Positions 8,682 to 18,023 of a stretch of DNA of 64,000 bases are shown piece after piece. Under the pieces are notes generated by a model. The model was not told where the DNA came from. It made no database searches and saw nothing but the letters and a program-made list of their open reading frames with translations. How positions within the stretch are numbered: the first letter of the stretch is position 1; each line of letters starts with the position of its first letter. The DNA is from Candidatus Taenariivivens baikalensis (GTDB lineage: Bacteria; Omnitrophota; Omnitrophia; Omnitrophales; Aquincolibacteriaceae), in contig SICL01000002.1 in NCBI GenBank assembly GCA_009691445.1, forward strand, positions 64,063-128,062, in the 5' to 3' direction. The position numbers and the translations under genes are program-made.

Positions 8682-10424
8682 TTACATGTTCGTCAGGCGA
8701 TAAATTTTCAAGGAATAGCCATTTCGTTCTCTCCTTTGCAGATCTCCCCATGAAAATGGTCCACCGGTCAGAATATGAGGATCGACGGGAGCGAGAATCG
8801 AAGACTTTTGGTAAGGACTAAATTCAGCAACCAAGGAAGCTTGCTTTACGAATTGATCATAAAAGGTTTGCGGAGGGTTGGCACCGGCCGGATAAAGATT
8901 GATCATGACCACGTATTGAATCTGATGCTCATGAAGTGCGGTGATGGAAAAGGGCATAAAAGGGCCGGAAAAAGAAAATTTTTCATCTTGTTCAGGATGG
9001 GACGTTAAAAAATAAAGTTCGTAGTAGGGGGTATTATTTTTCTCCAACTCTCCCAGGTAATATTTTAATTTTCGCAATCGGGGTGATGATTCCCCGTCTG
9101 ATTTTTGGATGTCCGCTATCTTTTTTTTAAGTTGACTCGGCGAATGGTATAAACGCGGCCCAAAAAAATTCTGACTGATCGCAACGGACGCTCCAACAGG
9201 GATATTTTTTTTAATCCAGTCCGCCGCCTGAGTTCTTGTGTCGGTGGAACTCATGATTTTGTCGAAACGCACACATTGAACCAGGTTGCTCATTGCGGAA
9301 AGGCTCACGATGAAGAGAAGGCTAAAGACCGGCTTGCGAAACTTTGCGCAGAAGTCGACAAGGCCATCGGCGGTGAGGATTAAAAGACTGGGTAGCAACG
9401 GTAGAACATAGCGCTCAAAACTTTGCCCTCCACGAATCAGAATGATGTAATAAGCGAGAGTGAAAAAGGCCAAGGATAGCACCTTCAGATTCTTCTTAAA
9501 AAAAGAAAAAAGCCATGCGCCTGTCGCAAGGATCCAAAGAGGGGTACCTAGCCCTTCTTGAAGTGAATAAAAATAATGATGAGCCCAGGGAGTGCCTCCC
9601 TGATGAGCAAGCGATTCCTGATAAACTTCCCTCATAAAAAAACGAAAATCAAGCAAGGAGAAAGGATTCAAGACAAAATAGAAGAGGACTAACCCGAAAA
9701 ACATCAAACTCCAATTCCTTAATATTTTAGAATACGCTTTGGTTAAGGGAATTGAAATTAAAAGATAAGGAAGAATAATCGCCCCTCCATTATATTTAAA
9801 CGCACAGCAGATTCCAGCTGATGCTCCAAACATGAAATGAAGCGATAGTTTTTGCGGTTGGTCAACAATCTGCCAAAGTCTACTCCAGGCAAAGGCGAGT
9901 GCAAGGAGTAAAAACATATCGCAGTAGATGTAATGAGAATCGCGGACATGAAGAAAACAGACGGCCATAAGGAGTGCACTCACCAAAGCTTTCTTTTCGG
10001 AGAAATGCTTCCGTACGGTTTGGTAGATAAGATAAACCGTGAGAGTGCCTGGGATGACTCCTAAAAAAAATCGTCCAAGAAGGTAGAAGGGGGCTGGATG
10101 GTCATAGAAAAAGTATTCATATTGTAAAATCGAAGGAAAAAAACCAAATACTTTTCCGGCAATAAAATATAATCCATAAACGGTAAATAGAAGATAACTG
10201 GCAAGCGGCGGGACTCGAAAAAAATGCGGATTAAAATCTCGGGTTCCGTATGCCAGGGAATGATTCACAATGATGGGTTCATCGGCGTGGTAAAGATAAG
10301 GAAGTCCAAAATGAATGCCCCACAGCCGGAGAGCCAAAGCGAGTAAAAGAATGAGGCCTATAACAAAAGAGCTATTGCGAAGTAGCGAATCAAATGAAAA
10401 ATGGCGAATAGGATTTGGCATCAA
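8682..10424 (-). CDS. GT-C membrane glycosyltransferase, GT39/GT83 (PMT/ArnT)-like
   Basis: Polytopic N-terminus. The first loop carries the RLWGIHFGLPYLYHADEP motif (the DE motif of the PMT/ArnT family). The protein is 580 aa. Confidence 0.8.
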   Translation of the reverse strand: MMPNPIRHFSFDSLLRNSSFVIGLILLLALALRLWGIHFGLPYLYHADEPIIVNHSLAYGTRDFNPHFFRVPPLASYLLFTVYGLYFIAGKVFGFFPSILQYEYFFYDHPAPFYLLGRFFLGVIPGTLTVYLIYQTVRKHFSEKKALVSALLMAVCFLHVRDSHYIYCDMFLLLALAFAWSRLWQIVDQPQKLSLHFMFGASAGICCAFKYNGGAIILPYLLISIPLTKAYSKILRNWSLMFFGLVLFYFVLNPFSLLDFRFFMREVYQESLAHQGGTPWAHHYFYSLQEGLGTPLWILATGAWLFSFFKKNLKVLSLAFFTLAYYIILIRGGQSFERYVLPLLPSLLILTADGLVDFCAKFRKPVFSLLFIVSLSAMSNLVQCVRFDKIMSSTDTRTQAADWIKKNIPVGASVAISQNFFGPRLYHSPSQLKKKIADIQKSDGESSPRLRKLKYYLGELEKNNTPYYELYFLTSHPEQDEKFSFSGPFMPFSITALHEHQIQYVVMINLYPAGANPPQTFYDQFVKQASLVAEFSPYQKSSILAPVDPHILTGGPFSWGDLQRRERNGYSLKIYRLTNM

Positions 10425-10466
10425 AAGTCACTTATTTTGTAGATTAATCTAAAAACCTTTTTCAGG

Positions 10467-11183
10467 TCAATGATTGCGGCGGTGGATCCAGCGTATGCGA
10501 AGAAGATCCCAAAACATTTTAATCGGATCACTGAATAATTTAACCCGGCTTTGGGTTTCGTTTCGCCAAAGGACAGGCTCTTCTTGGATCCGATATCCCA
10601 TTTTTTGAGCCAGATAGAGAATTTCCGCATCAAAGGCAAATCCCGGGATTTGCTGGAGAGAAAAAAGGGCGCGAGCCGCTGATTGTGTGAAACATTTAAA
10701 TCCACATTGTGAATCACGGATGTTCTTAAAGGTAAGACATTGAGCCGACAGATTAAACACTCGTCCCATAAGTTCTCGCAGGGCATTCTGGTGAACTTCA
10801 ACTTTAGAAGAAGCTAGAGACCGGGAACCAATCACGATATCGTATCCCTTGTCGAAATAGGGAATAAAACGAAGGATTTCTTCGAGAGGTGTGGAAAGAT
10901 CCGCATCACTAAAAAGGACATAACGTCCTTGGGCAGCGAGCATACCGCGTTTAACCGCGTTCCCCTTTCCTTGATTAACCGGTTCTGAAAGAACTCGATA
11001 GGATTCGTTTTTTAAAATCTCCGACACAACGGCCATAGAATGATCTGTACTTCCGTCATTGGAGAGAATCAATTCAGTCACGAAGGGCTGTTGGCGGATA
11101 AATGCGAGAATCAAAGGCAGGGACAATCGGAGACGATTTTCCTCGTTATAGAATGGAACAATAATCGAAAGATGAATTTCCAT
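10467..11183 (-). CDS. Glycosyltransferase family 2 (Dpm1-like)
   Basis: LSIIVPFYNEENRL…LILSNDGSTDHS…; 238 aa. Confidence 0.85.
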   Translation of the reverse strand: MEIHLSIIVPFYNEENRLRLSLPLILAFIRQQPFVTELILSNDGSTDHSMAVVSEILKNESYRVLSEPVNQGKGNAVKRGMLAAQGRYVLFSDADLSTPLEEILRFIPYFDKGYDIVIGSRSLASSKVEVHQNALRELMGRVFNLSAQCLTFKNIRDSQCGFKCFTQSAARALFSLQQIPGFAFDAEILYLAQKMGYRIQEEPVLWRNETQSRVKLFSDPIKMFWDLLRIRWIHRRNH

Positions 11184-11185
11184 GA

Positions 11186-12172
11186 TTAACGCATGGATTC
11201 CTGCAGCGCTTGAAGATCATGTTCAACCATCATTTTGACAAGTTCACGAAAATGGATATTGGGTTTCCATTTTAGTTGTTTAAACGCCTTATCGTAATTT
11301 CCACACAAAAGATGGACTTCTGCTGGGCGGTAAAGTTTCGGATCAATGCCGACATACTTTTTCCAATCCAAACCCACGTGTTGAAAAGCAAGTTCGGTAA
11401 ATTCCCGAACCGTGTGGGTTTCTCCGGTAGCGATAATAAAATCTTCAGGCTTTGGCTGTTGGAGCATCCGCCACATCGCATCGACGTAGTCTCCGGCAAA
11501 CCCCCAGTCGCGTTTGGCGTCTAGGTTTCCTAATTTAAGTGTTTTAGCCAGCCCTAATTTAATTTTTGCCACGCCGTATGAAATTTTCCGGGTTACAAAC
11601 TCTTTCCCCCGACGGGGCGATTCATGATTGAAAAGTATCCCGGAGACGGCAAAGATGTTATAGCTTTCCCGATAATTAATCGTGATCCAGTGGCCATAAA
11701 GCTTTGCAACTCCGTAAGGGCTGCGAGGATGAAATGGCGTTGTTAATTTTTGAGGAGATTCCGAGGACATCCCAAACATCTCACTGGAGGAAGCCTGATA
11801 AAAGCGTATGGTACGGTCCACGAGCTTGATCGCTTCCAGCATCCGGGTAACGCCCAGGGCAGTAAATTCTCCGGTCAGGAGGGGCTGTTCAAACGAGGTG
11901 GGTACATAGGATTGAGAAGCCAGATTATAGACTTCGCGCGGCCGAATTCGCTTAAGAATATGAATCATGGAAAGTTGATCGAGTAAATCAGCCTCAACCA
12001 GTTCGATCCTGTCTTTTATGTGCTCAATCCGTTCAAAATTTTCCGTGCTGGAGCGGCGAACCATCCCATAAACGCGATAGCCTTTTCCCAGCAAAAATTC
12101 AGCAAGATAAGAACCGTCCTGCCCTGTAATTCCCGTAATCAATACGTTTTTATTTTTTTTCATGGATTCCAA
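11186..12172 (-). CDS. gmd: GDP-mannose 4,6-dehydratase
   Basis: VLITGITGQDGSYLAEFLLGKGYRVYGMVRRSS… is near-identical in pattern to canonical Gmd. Confidence 0.92.
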   Translation of the reverse strand: MESMKKNKNVLITGITGQDGSYLAEFLLGKGYRVYGMVRRSSTENFERIEHIKDRIELVEADLLDQLSMIHILKRIRPREVYNLASQSYVPTSFEQPLLTGEFTALGVTRMLEAIKLVDRTIRFYQASSSEMFGMSSESPQKLTTPFHPRSPYGVAKLYGHWITINYRESYNIFAVSGILFNHESPRRGKEFVTRKISYGVAKIKLGLAKTLKLGNLDAKRDWGFAGDYVDAMWRMLQQPKPEDFIIATGETHTVREFTELAFQHVGLDWKKYVGIDPKLYRPAEVHLLCGNYDKAFKQLKWKPNIHFRELVKMMVEHDLQALQESMR

Positions 12173-13135
12173 TTACACTTCTGGTTGATGACTAAGATAA
12201 TAGGATTTGAAAAAATCAATGGTTTTCAAAAGGCCCTCTTCCAAACTTATTTTTGGAGTCCATCCCAATTTAGTCTTAATCTTCGTGATGTCAGGCTGAC
12301 GGACTTTGGGGTCATCGACGGGCAAGGGTTGGAAAGTGATTTTGCTTTTACTTTTTGTTAATTCGATAATCTTTTTTGCAAGCCCGATAATAGTCATCTC
12401 ATTTGGATTCCCAACATTCACCGGCTCATTTAACGTTGAAAAAATAATTTTTTCAATCCCCGCCACAAGATCGCTGACAAAACAAAAACTCCGGGTCTGC
12501 TGGCCGTTTCCAAACACAGGAATATCTTTGTTCTGAAGAGCAGACATAATGAACTCAGGGATAGCACGTCCGTCACGCTGGCGCATCCTTGGGCCATAGG
12601 TATTAAAGATCCGGATAATTTTAACATCCATTCGGTGCGAGTGATGATACGCCATACTAATCGCCTCGGCAAACCTCTTTGCTTCATCATAAACTCCGCG
12701 GGGTCCTACAGGATTTACATTTCCCCAATAATCCTCGCTTTGCGGATGAACCAGAGGGTCACCATAAACTTCCGAGGTCGAGGCAAGCATGAAGGTCGCG
12801 TTTTTCGCTTTAGCAAGCCCCAGTGAGTTATGGGTTCCAAGAGCCCCGACTTTCAACGTCGGAATCGGAAACATGGCGTAGTCAATCGGGCTTGCGGGCG
12901 AAGCAAAATGAAGCACATACTGAACTTCACCAGGAATCTCAAGATGTTTGCTGATATCGTGCAAAACAAGTTCAAAATGCGGATTGGATTTTAAATGCTG
13001 GATATTTGCTTGATTGCCCGTAATAAAATTATCAACGGCAATGACCTTGAAATTTTTTTCCAGGAAGCGCTCGCATAAATGTGAGCCTAGAAAACCAGCG
13101 CCACCTGTAATAATGACTGTTTTGGGGGCGCTCAT
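12173..13135 (-). CDS. uxs: UDP-glucuronate decarboxylase (UDP-xylose synthase / ArnA-decarboxylase-like SDR)
   Basis: [18 protein letters not shown]…[15 protein letters not shown]…[29 protein letters not shown]… matches UXS1-family hallmark blocks. Confidence 0.88.
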   Translation of the reverse strand: MSAPKTVIITGGAGFLGSHLCERFLEKNFKVIAVDNFITGNQANIQHLKSNPHFELVLHDISKHLEIPGEVQYVLHFASPASPIDYAMFPIPTLKVGALGTHNSLGLAKAKNATFMLASTSEVYGDPLVHPQSEDYWGNVNPVGPRGVYDEAKRFAEAISMAYHHSHRMDVKIIRIFNTYGPRMRQRDGRAIPEFIMSALQNKDIPVFGNGQQTRSFCFVSDLVAGIEKIIFSTLNEPVNVGNPNEMTIIGLAKKIIELTKSKSKITFQPLPVDDPKVRQPDITKIKTKLGWTPKISLEEGLLKTIDFFKSYYLSHQPEV

Positions 13136-14089
13136 CTATTTCTTCCGCGTTTCAAGAAACCAGGCCACGGTCTGTTTGAGACCTTCATAAAACCGGGTTT
13201 GGACCCGGTAACCAAGTATTTTTTTTGCTTTTTCAATGGAAGGAAATGTACGCCTTACATCCCCCGCCCGTTTCGGATGAAAAACGGGCTTAAGATTGTG
13301 AATTCCCATAATGTCCTGGAGTCCACGAAAAATATCGAGCACCGATTGTTCATCGTGGCAGGCAATGTTAAAAACTTCGCCGGAAGCGCGTGGCGATTTC
13401 ATAGCCACGAGATTCCCCTCAACGACATTATCCACATAGGAAAAATCTCGGGATTGTTTCCCATCCCATTGGATTTCAGGGCGTTTCCCTTTCTGCAAAC
13501 AATCAATAAAAATTGGAATGACCGCTGAATACTTGGACTCAGGATTTTGCCGCGGTCCAAAGACATTAAAATACCGTAGACTCACTGTACTTAACCCATA
13601 AAGATGGGTGAATTGCCTGCAATAATACTCCCCCATAATTTTGGAAGCAGCGTAGGGGGATTCGGGTTGAGGAAGATCGGTTTCCACGCTGGGGAATTTC
13701 TGGGTATTTCCATAAACCGAGGAGGAAGAGGAAAAAATGAAGCGTTTAACTTTGGCATTTCGGGCCGCACATAAAAGTTTTAATGTGCCCGTAACATTCA
13801 CATCATTGGTCTCCATTGGATTATCTACGGACCGGAGAACCGCGCGGTTCGCTCCGAGGTGAAAGACATAATCGGCATGACGCACGGCCTTCGCAACATC
13901 TTTCTCATTCCGCAAATCACCTTTGAGGAAATCAATATCCCCCTTTAATGCGTGGACGTTCTCGATAAAGCCTGTCGAGAGATTATCGAAAATTCTCACG
14001 GCATACTTTTTTTGGGTCAACGCTTCCGCAACATGAGATCCAATAAAACCCGCTCCGCCGGTCACAACGCATAAAGATTTTTTCGCCAT
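13136..14089 (-). CDS. NAD-dependent nucleotide-sugar epimerase/dehydratase (GalE/WbpP-like; could be a 4-reductase)
   Basis: VVTGGAGFIGSH…IFDNLSTG… is an SDR nucleotide-sugar fold. Confidence 0.82.
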   Translation of the reverse strand: MAKKSLCVVTGGAGFIGSHVAEALTQKKYAVRIFDNLSTGFIENVHALKGDIDFLKGDLRNEKDVAKAVRHADYVFHLGANRAVLRSVDNPMETNDVNVTGTLKLLCAARNAKVKRFIFSSSSSVYGNTQKFPSVETDLPQPESPYAASKIMGEYYCRQFTHLYGLSTVSLRYFNVFGPRQNPESKYSAVIPIFIDCLQKGKRPEIQWDGKQSRDFSYVDNVVEGNLVAMKSPRASGEVFNIACHDEQSVLDIFRGLQDIMGIHNLKPVFHPKRAGDVRRTFPSIEKAKKILGYRVQTRFYEGLKQTVAWFLETRKK

Positions 14090-15403
14090 TTATAGCCTCA
14101 TAATATGGGGTTCTTTGAAATGCTTAAGTGCATTACGGGTATCGTAAATGAGATGAGCGTGTTTGACGATGGAACGATAAGCAAAGCACGTGTGATCGGT
14201 CGTGAGAATGACAAGGTCCTGCTCCTTGAGGATTTTAGGACTCAATGGGGACGATTTCAAGGAAAGGGAATCATTCTGAATTTGCGGAACATAAGGATCA
14301 TGATAGGCGATCTTGGCGCCTAAGCCTTGGAGTGCTTGCAGGATATCAAGCGCTGGTGATTCCCGAATATCTGAGACATCCTTTTTATAACTGACACCCA
14401 GCAGCATCACCTTGGAACGACTGATCGCCTTATGCGCATACTGATTCAACGTATAAACAGCTTGGGAGACCACATGATGCGGCATTTCAGAATTCAGACG
14501 TCGGGCCAGTTCAATGAAATGAAGATCAAAACCGCTGATTTTTGCTTTCCAAGAAAGATAAATAGGATCCACCCCGATACAATGTCCGCCAATGCCTGGC
14601 CCCGGATAAAAAGGCATAAACCCAAAGGGTTTTGTTTTGGCAGCCTCAATGACTTCCCAGATATTGACCTTCAGGCTGGAAGCCGCCCGCGCCAGCTCAT
14701 TAATCAGGCCAATATTCACAATTCGAAACGTATTTTCCAGCAGCTTGGACATTTCTGCGGTGCGGCAGGAACTGACTTTCAAAACACTGGTCGTGATTTT
14801 TTCATAGAGGGATGCTGCCAATTTTGCGCACTGAGGAGTGACACCCCCTACTACTTTGGGGATGTTCTGAGTATGAAAGTTTGGATTCCCCGGATCAATC
14901 CGCTCGGGTGAAAAGCAAAGAAAAAAATCATGCCCGACTTTCAAGCGGGATTTTTCGAGTGTGGGGAGGATGACTTCTTCAGTGGTTCCCGGATAGGTTG
15001 TACTTTCAAGAATGATAAGCTGGCCGGGGTGTAAATGCTGAAGAATGGCCTCTGTCGCTGAAACAATAAATGAGATATCCGGGTCTTTCGCACGGTTTAA
15101 CGGTGTGGGGACGCAGACAATCACCACGTCACTGTCACGCAGAGGTTCGTAGGAACAACTCGCAAAAAGGCGTTTTTGTTTCACTAGTTTTGTCAGAGAG
15201 GCTGAAGAAATATCCTCAATGTAAGAGACCCCCTTTTGTATCATGGAAATCTTTCGGGCATCAAGATCGATCCCCGTAACGCGGAAACCATGGCTTGCGA
15301 AAGCATTGGCTAGCGGTAAACCGACATAACCCTGGCCAATAATCGCAATCCGTGCCTTTTTACTTGATATCTTTTTGGCCAATATTTCTGCAACGCGGCT
15401 CAT
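14090..15403 (-). CDS. UDP-N-acetyl-D-hexosamine/mannosamine dehydrogenase (WecC/WbpA family nucleotide-sugar dehydrogenase)
   Basis: The start was placed at the ATG at 15403 (MSRVAEIL…), giving an ATGA overlap with upstream rmlD. Motifs: IAIIGQGYVGLPLA… and the UDPG/GDP-Man DH family signature GHCIGVDP. Confidence 0.82.
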   Translation of the reverse strand: MSRVAEILAKKISSKKARIAIIGQGYVGLPLANAFASHGFRVTGIDLDARKISMIQKGVSYIEDISSASLTKLVKQKRLFASCSYEPLRDSDVVIVCVPTPLNRAKDPDISFIVSATEAILQHLHPGQLIILESTTYPGTTEEVILPTLEKSRLKVGHDFFLCFSPERIDPGNPNFHTQNIPKVVGGVTPQCAKLAASLYEKITTSVLKVSSCRTAEMSKLLENTFRIVNIGLINELARAASSLKVNIWEVIEAAKTKPFGFMPFYPGPGIGGHCIGVDPIYLSWKAKISGFDLHFIELARRLNSEMPHHVVSQAVYTLNQYAHKAISRSKVMLLGVSYKKDVSDIRESPALDILQALQGLGAKIAYHDPYVPQIQNDSLSLKSSPLSPKILKEQDLVILTTDHTCFAYRSIVKHAHLIYDTRNALKHFKEPHIMRL

Positions 15404-16314
15404 GAAAAAAGAACTCCCTTTTTTTTGTGAAATTCCTGCAAATAATTCCGCAGGGCCTTTTCCCAAGGCTGAAGCTCAATCTCCAGCTTTTCTTTGACCT
15501 TCTCCAGATTCAGGATCGAGGCATTCGGCCGCACGGCTGATCGATGGAGATCGTTGCTTGCGATGGGTCGGAGAGAAACATCTGCTTTCCCCGACAACTT
15601 GAGGATCAATTTTGCATATTCAAACCAGGATGTCATATTCTGGTTACCCAAATGAAAGACTTGATTCGAATGGAGTTCAAGTGGATTAGGGCTGCGGAGA
15701 AGCAGTTCACCCATTGTAGAAGCCACATCTTTTGCGTGCGTCGGCCGTCCAAATTGATCGCTGACAATTGATAATTCCTTTTGTTTTGAAGCCAGGGACA
15801 AAACCATTTCAGGAAATGAGTATCCATGAATCCCAAAAAGCCAGGAGACCCTGAAAATGGCGAATCGCTTACAACAACTTTGGATATAATTTTCGGCCAA
15901 AAGCTTGGTTTCTCCATAAAAATTTACGGGTTTCGCGGGATCCCCCTCTTTATAGGACGAAGACTTTTCACCGTCAAACACATAGTCCGTACTAAAAAAA
16001 ACGAGATAACTCTGAAGCTGATTGGCAAGCCGGACAAGACTTTCTGTAACTTGCACATTTTGAAGTAGGGCCTTTTCCCTCTCTGTCTCGCACAGGTCCA
16101 CCTGAGTCATGGCGGCGGTGTGAAAAATCCAGTCCGGTTTTTCTTTAAGAAGGATAGTCGATACGGCGTTTTCATCCGTAAGATCACAAGAGATATAACG
16201 AATGGGAAGTTGACGATCAGACCTTCCTAGGCCAATCGTTTCAACCTGGGAGGAAAAAACATGCGATAGTTCAGTGCCCAGCATTCCTCCGGCACCCGTA
16301 ATAAGAATCTTCAT
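15400..16314 (-). CDS. rmlD: dTDP-4-dehydrorhamnose reductase-like SDR
   Basis: MKILITGAGGMLG…; it is about 300 aa, the RmlD size, and lies next to rmlB. Confidence 0.72.
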   Translation of the reverse strand: MKILITGAGGMLGTELSHVFSSQVETIGLGRSDRQLPIRYISCDLTDENAVSTILLKEKPDWIFHTAAMTQVDLCETEREKALLQNVQVTESLVRLANQLQSYLVFFSTDYVFDGEKSSSYKEGDPAKPVNFYGETKLLAENYIQSCCKRFAIFRVSWLFGIHGYSFPEMVLSLASKQKELSIVSDQFGRPTHAKDVASTMGELLLRSPNPLELHSNQVFHLGNQNMTSWFEYAKLILKLSGKADVSLRPIASNDLHRSAVRPNASILNLEKVKEKLEIELQPWEKALRNYLQEFHKKKGVLFS

Positions 16315-17292
16315 CTACTTTAAGGTGAACTTATCGCGTTTGAGGGGCTTCCACCACTGGGGATTTGATTGATACCACGTAATGGTTTGCTTTAGTGCTT
16401 CATGGAAATTCCAGCGAGGTTTAAAGCCGAGCTGGTTGAGTTTATCCGTTTTAATGGAATACCTAAAATCATGCCCCGGACGGTCTTGGACATAATCAAT
16501 GCGTTCATCCCCTGCCCCTAAGGCTTTGAGCAGATGCGTGGTGAGCTCGCGGTTTGAGATCTCATTGCCGGCGCTGATATTATAAATCTCTCCGGGTTCC
16601 CCCTTGTCAAAGACGATCTGAATCGCGTCGCAATTATCTTCCACGTAAATCCATTCGCGGCGGTTCTCCCCTTTACCATAAAGAGGCACCTTCTTGCCTT
16701 CCAGAAGATTTGTAATAAAAAGCGGGATGACTTTCTCGGGAAATTGATAGGGTCCAAAATTATTTGAACTGCGGACGATTTTGACGGGATAACCATAAGT
16801 TTTCCAATAAGAACGAGCCAGAAGATCTCCGGAAGCCTTGGCTGCAGAGTAAGGACTGTTCGGAGCCATCGGTGCATCCTCGTCGGCCGAGCCTGTTGCC
16901 AAGGAGCCATAGACTTCATCCGTGGAAATATGAACAAAAGGATCGACGCGGCATGCTCGCGCGTGATCAAGAAGCACTTTGAGCCCCAAAATATTGGTCA
17001 GAAGAAAGCTTTGCGATTCATCAATGGATCGGTCCACATGAGTTTCCGCAGCAAAATTGATAAGGGCATTGGCTTTGGGCATAAGATTTTTGATCCGTGC
17101 GCCGTCACAAATATCACCCTGGATAAATTCATAGCGGGAATTTCCTGAGAAGTCTTTGCAGTTTTCAGGATTGCCCGCATAAGTGAGGAGATCCAGATTG
17201 AGGACTTTCCAGTCGTTGTGGGTCAGAAGAAAGCGCCGTATAAAATTTGAGCCGATAAATCCTGATCCGCCAGTGACAAGAAGCGTTTTCAT
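16315..17292 (-). CDS. rmlB: dTDP-glucose 4,6-dehydratase
   Basis: LLVTGGSGFIGSNF…LDLLTYAGN…FAAETHVDRSI…. Confidence 0.9.
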   Translation of the reverse strand: MKTLLVTGGSGFIGSNFIRRFLLTHNDWKVLNLDLLTYAGNPENCKDFSGNSRYEFIQGDICDGARIKNLMPKANALINFAAETHVDRSIDESQSFLLTNILGLKVLLDHARACRVDPFVHISTDEVYGSLATGSADEDAPMAPNSPYSAAKASGDLLARSYWKTYGYPVKIVRSSNNFGPYQFPEKVIPLFITNLLEGKKVPLYGKGENRREWIYVEDNCDAIQIVFDKGEPGEIYNISAGNEISNRELTTHLLKALGAGDERIDYVQDRPGHDFRYSIKTDKLNQLGFKPRWNFHEALKQTITWYQSNPQWWKPLKRDKFTLK

Positions 17293-18023
17293 TTTTTCTT
17301 CTTTTTCGTTTGGCCTTTAAAGGCCAGGACATTGGCCAGCATCAGGGATTCAAAAGTTCCCGCATCGGTCCAATAACCTTTGAGGATGTCATATTCGAGC
17401 TTGCTCTGCCTGATGTAGATATTATTCACGTCTGAAATTTCAAGTTCCCCGCGCTCCGAAGGCTTGAGCGTTTTGATAATATCAAAAATCTTTGCATCGT
17501 ACATGTAAAGCCCTGCTACGGCGTAGGAACACGCTGGTTTCCGGGGCTTTTCCACAACCCTGATAATTTTTTTATTTTGGAACACCGGAACGCCAAAACG
17601 CTTTGGGTCAGGAACTTTTTTCAGGAAAATCCGGGCGCCCGAAGATTGTTTTTCGAATCGTTCCACATACGGTGTAATATTTTCCTCAAGGATGTTGTCG
17701 CCCAGAACGACCACAATTTTTTCGCCTTCAGAAAAATCTTCTGCCAGAGAAAGAGCTTCGGCAATCCCGCCTTCTCCTTCCTGATAGGTGTAATGGATAT
17801 GTTTAAGCCCGAAGTGTTTCCCATTTCCGAGCAGCTTAAGAAAATCACCCGCAGAATTTCCTCCGGTCACAATCAAGATATCGCGTATTCCGCCCCGAAC
17901 CAAGGTTTCAATCGGATAATAGATCATGGGCTTGTCATAGACCGGCAGGAGATGCTTGTTGGTTACCTTAGTCAAAGGATGGAGCCGGCTGCCCATTCCG
18001 CCGGCAAGAATAACGCCTTTCAT
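17289..18023 (-). CDS. rmlA: Glucose-1-phosphate thymidylyl/nucleotidyltransferase, short form
   Basis: MKGVILAGGMGSRLHPLTKVTNKHLLPVYDKPMIYYPIETL…; 244 aa. Confidence 0.85.
   Translation of the reverse strand: MKGVILAGGMGSRLHPLTKVTNKHLLPVYDKPMIYYPIETLVRGGIRDILIVTGGNSAGDFLKLLGNGKHFGLKHIHYTYQEGEGGIAEALSLAEDFSEGEKIVVVLGDNILEENITPYVERFEKQSSGARIFLKKVPDPKRFGVPVFQNKKIIRVVEKPRKPACSYAVAGLYMYDAKIFDIIKTLKPSERGELEISDVNNIYIRQSKLEYDILKGYWTDAGTFESLMLANVLAFKGQTKKKKK

Noticed and set aside
10421-10801. 126-aa ORF overlapping the GT2 gene 10467-11183 in another frame
   Set aside because: It is off-frame and internal to a gene with clear GT2 motifs, and its composition is low-complexity.
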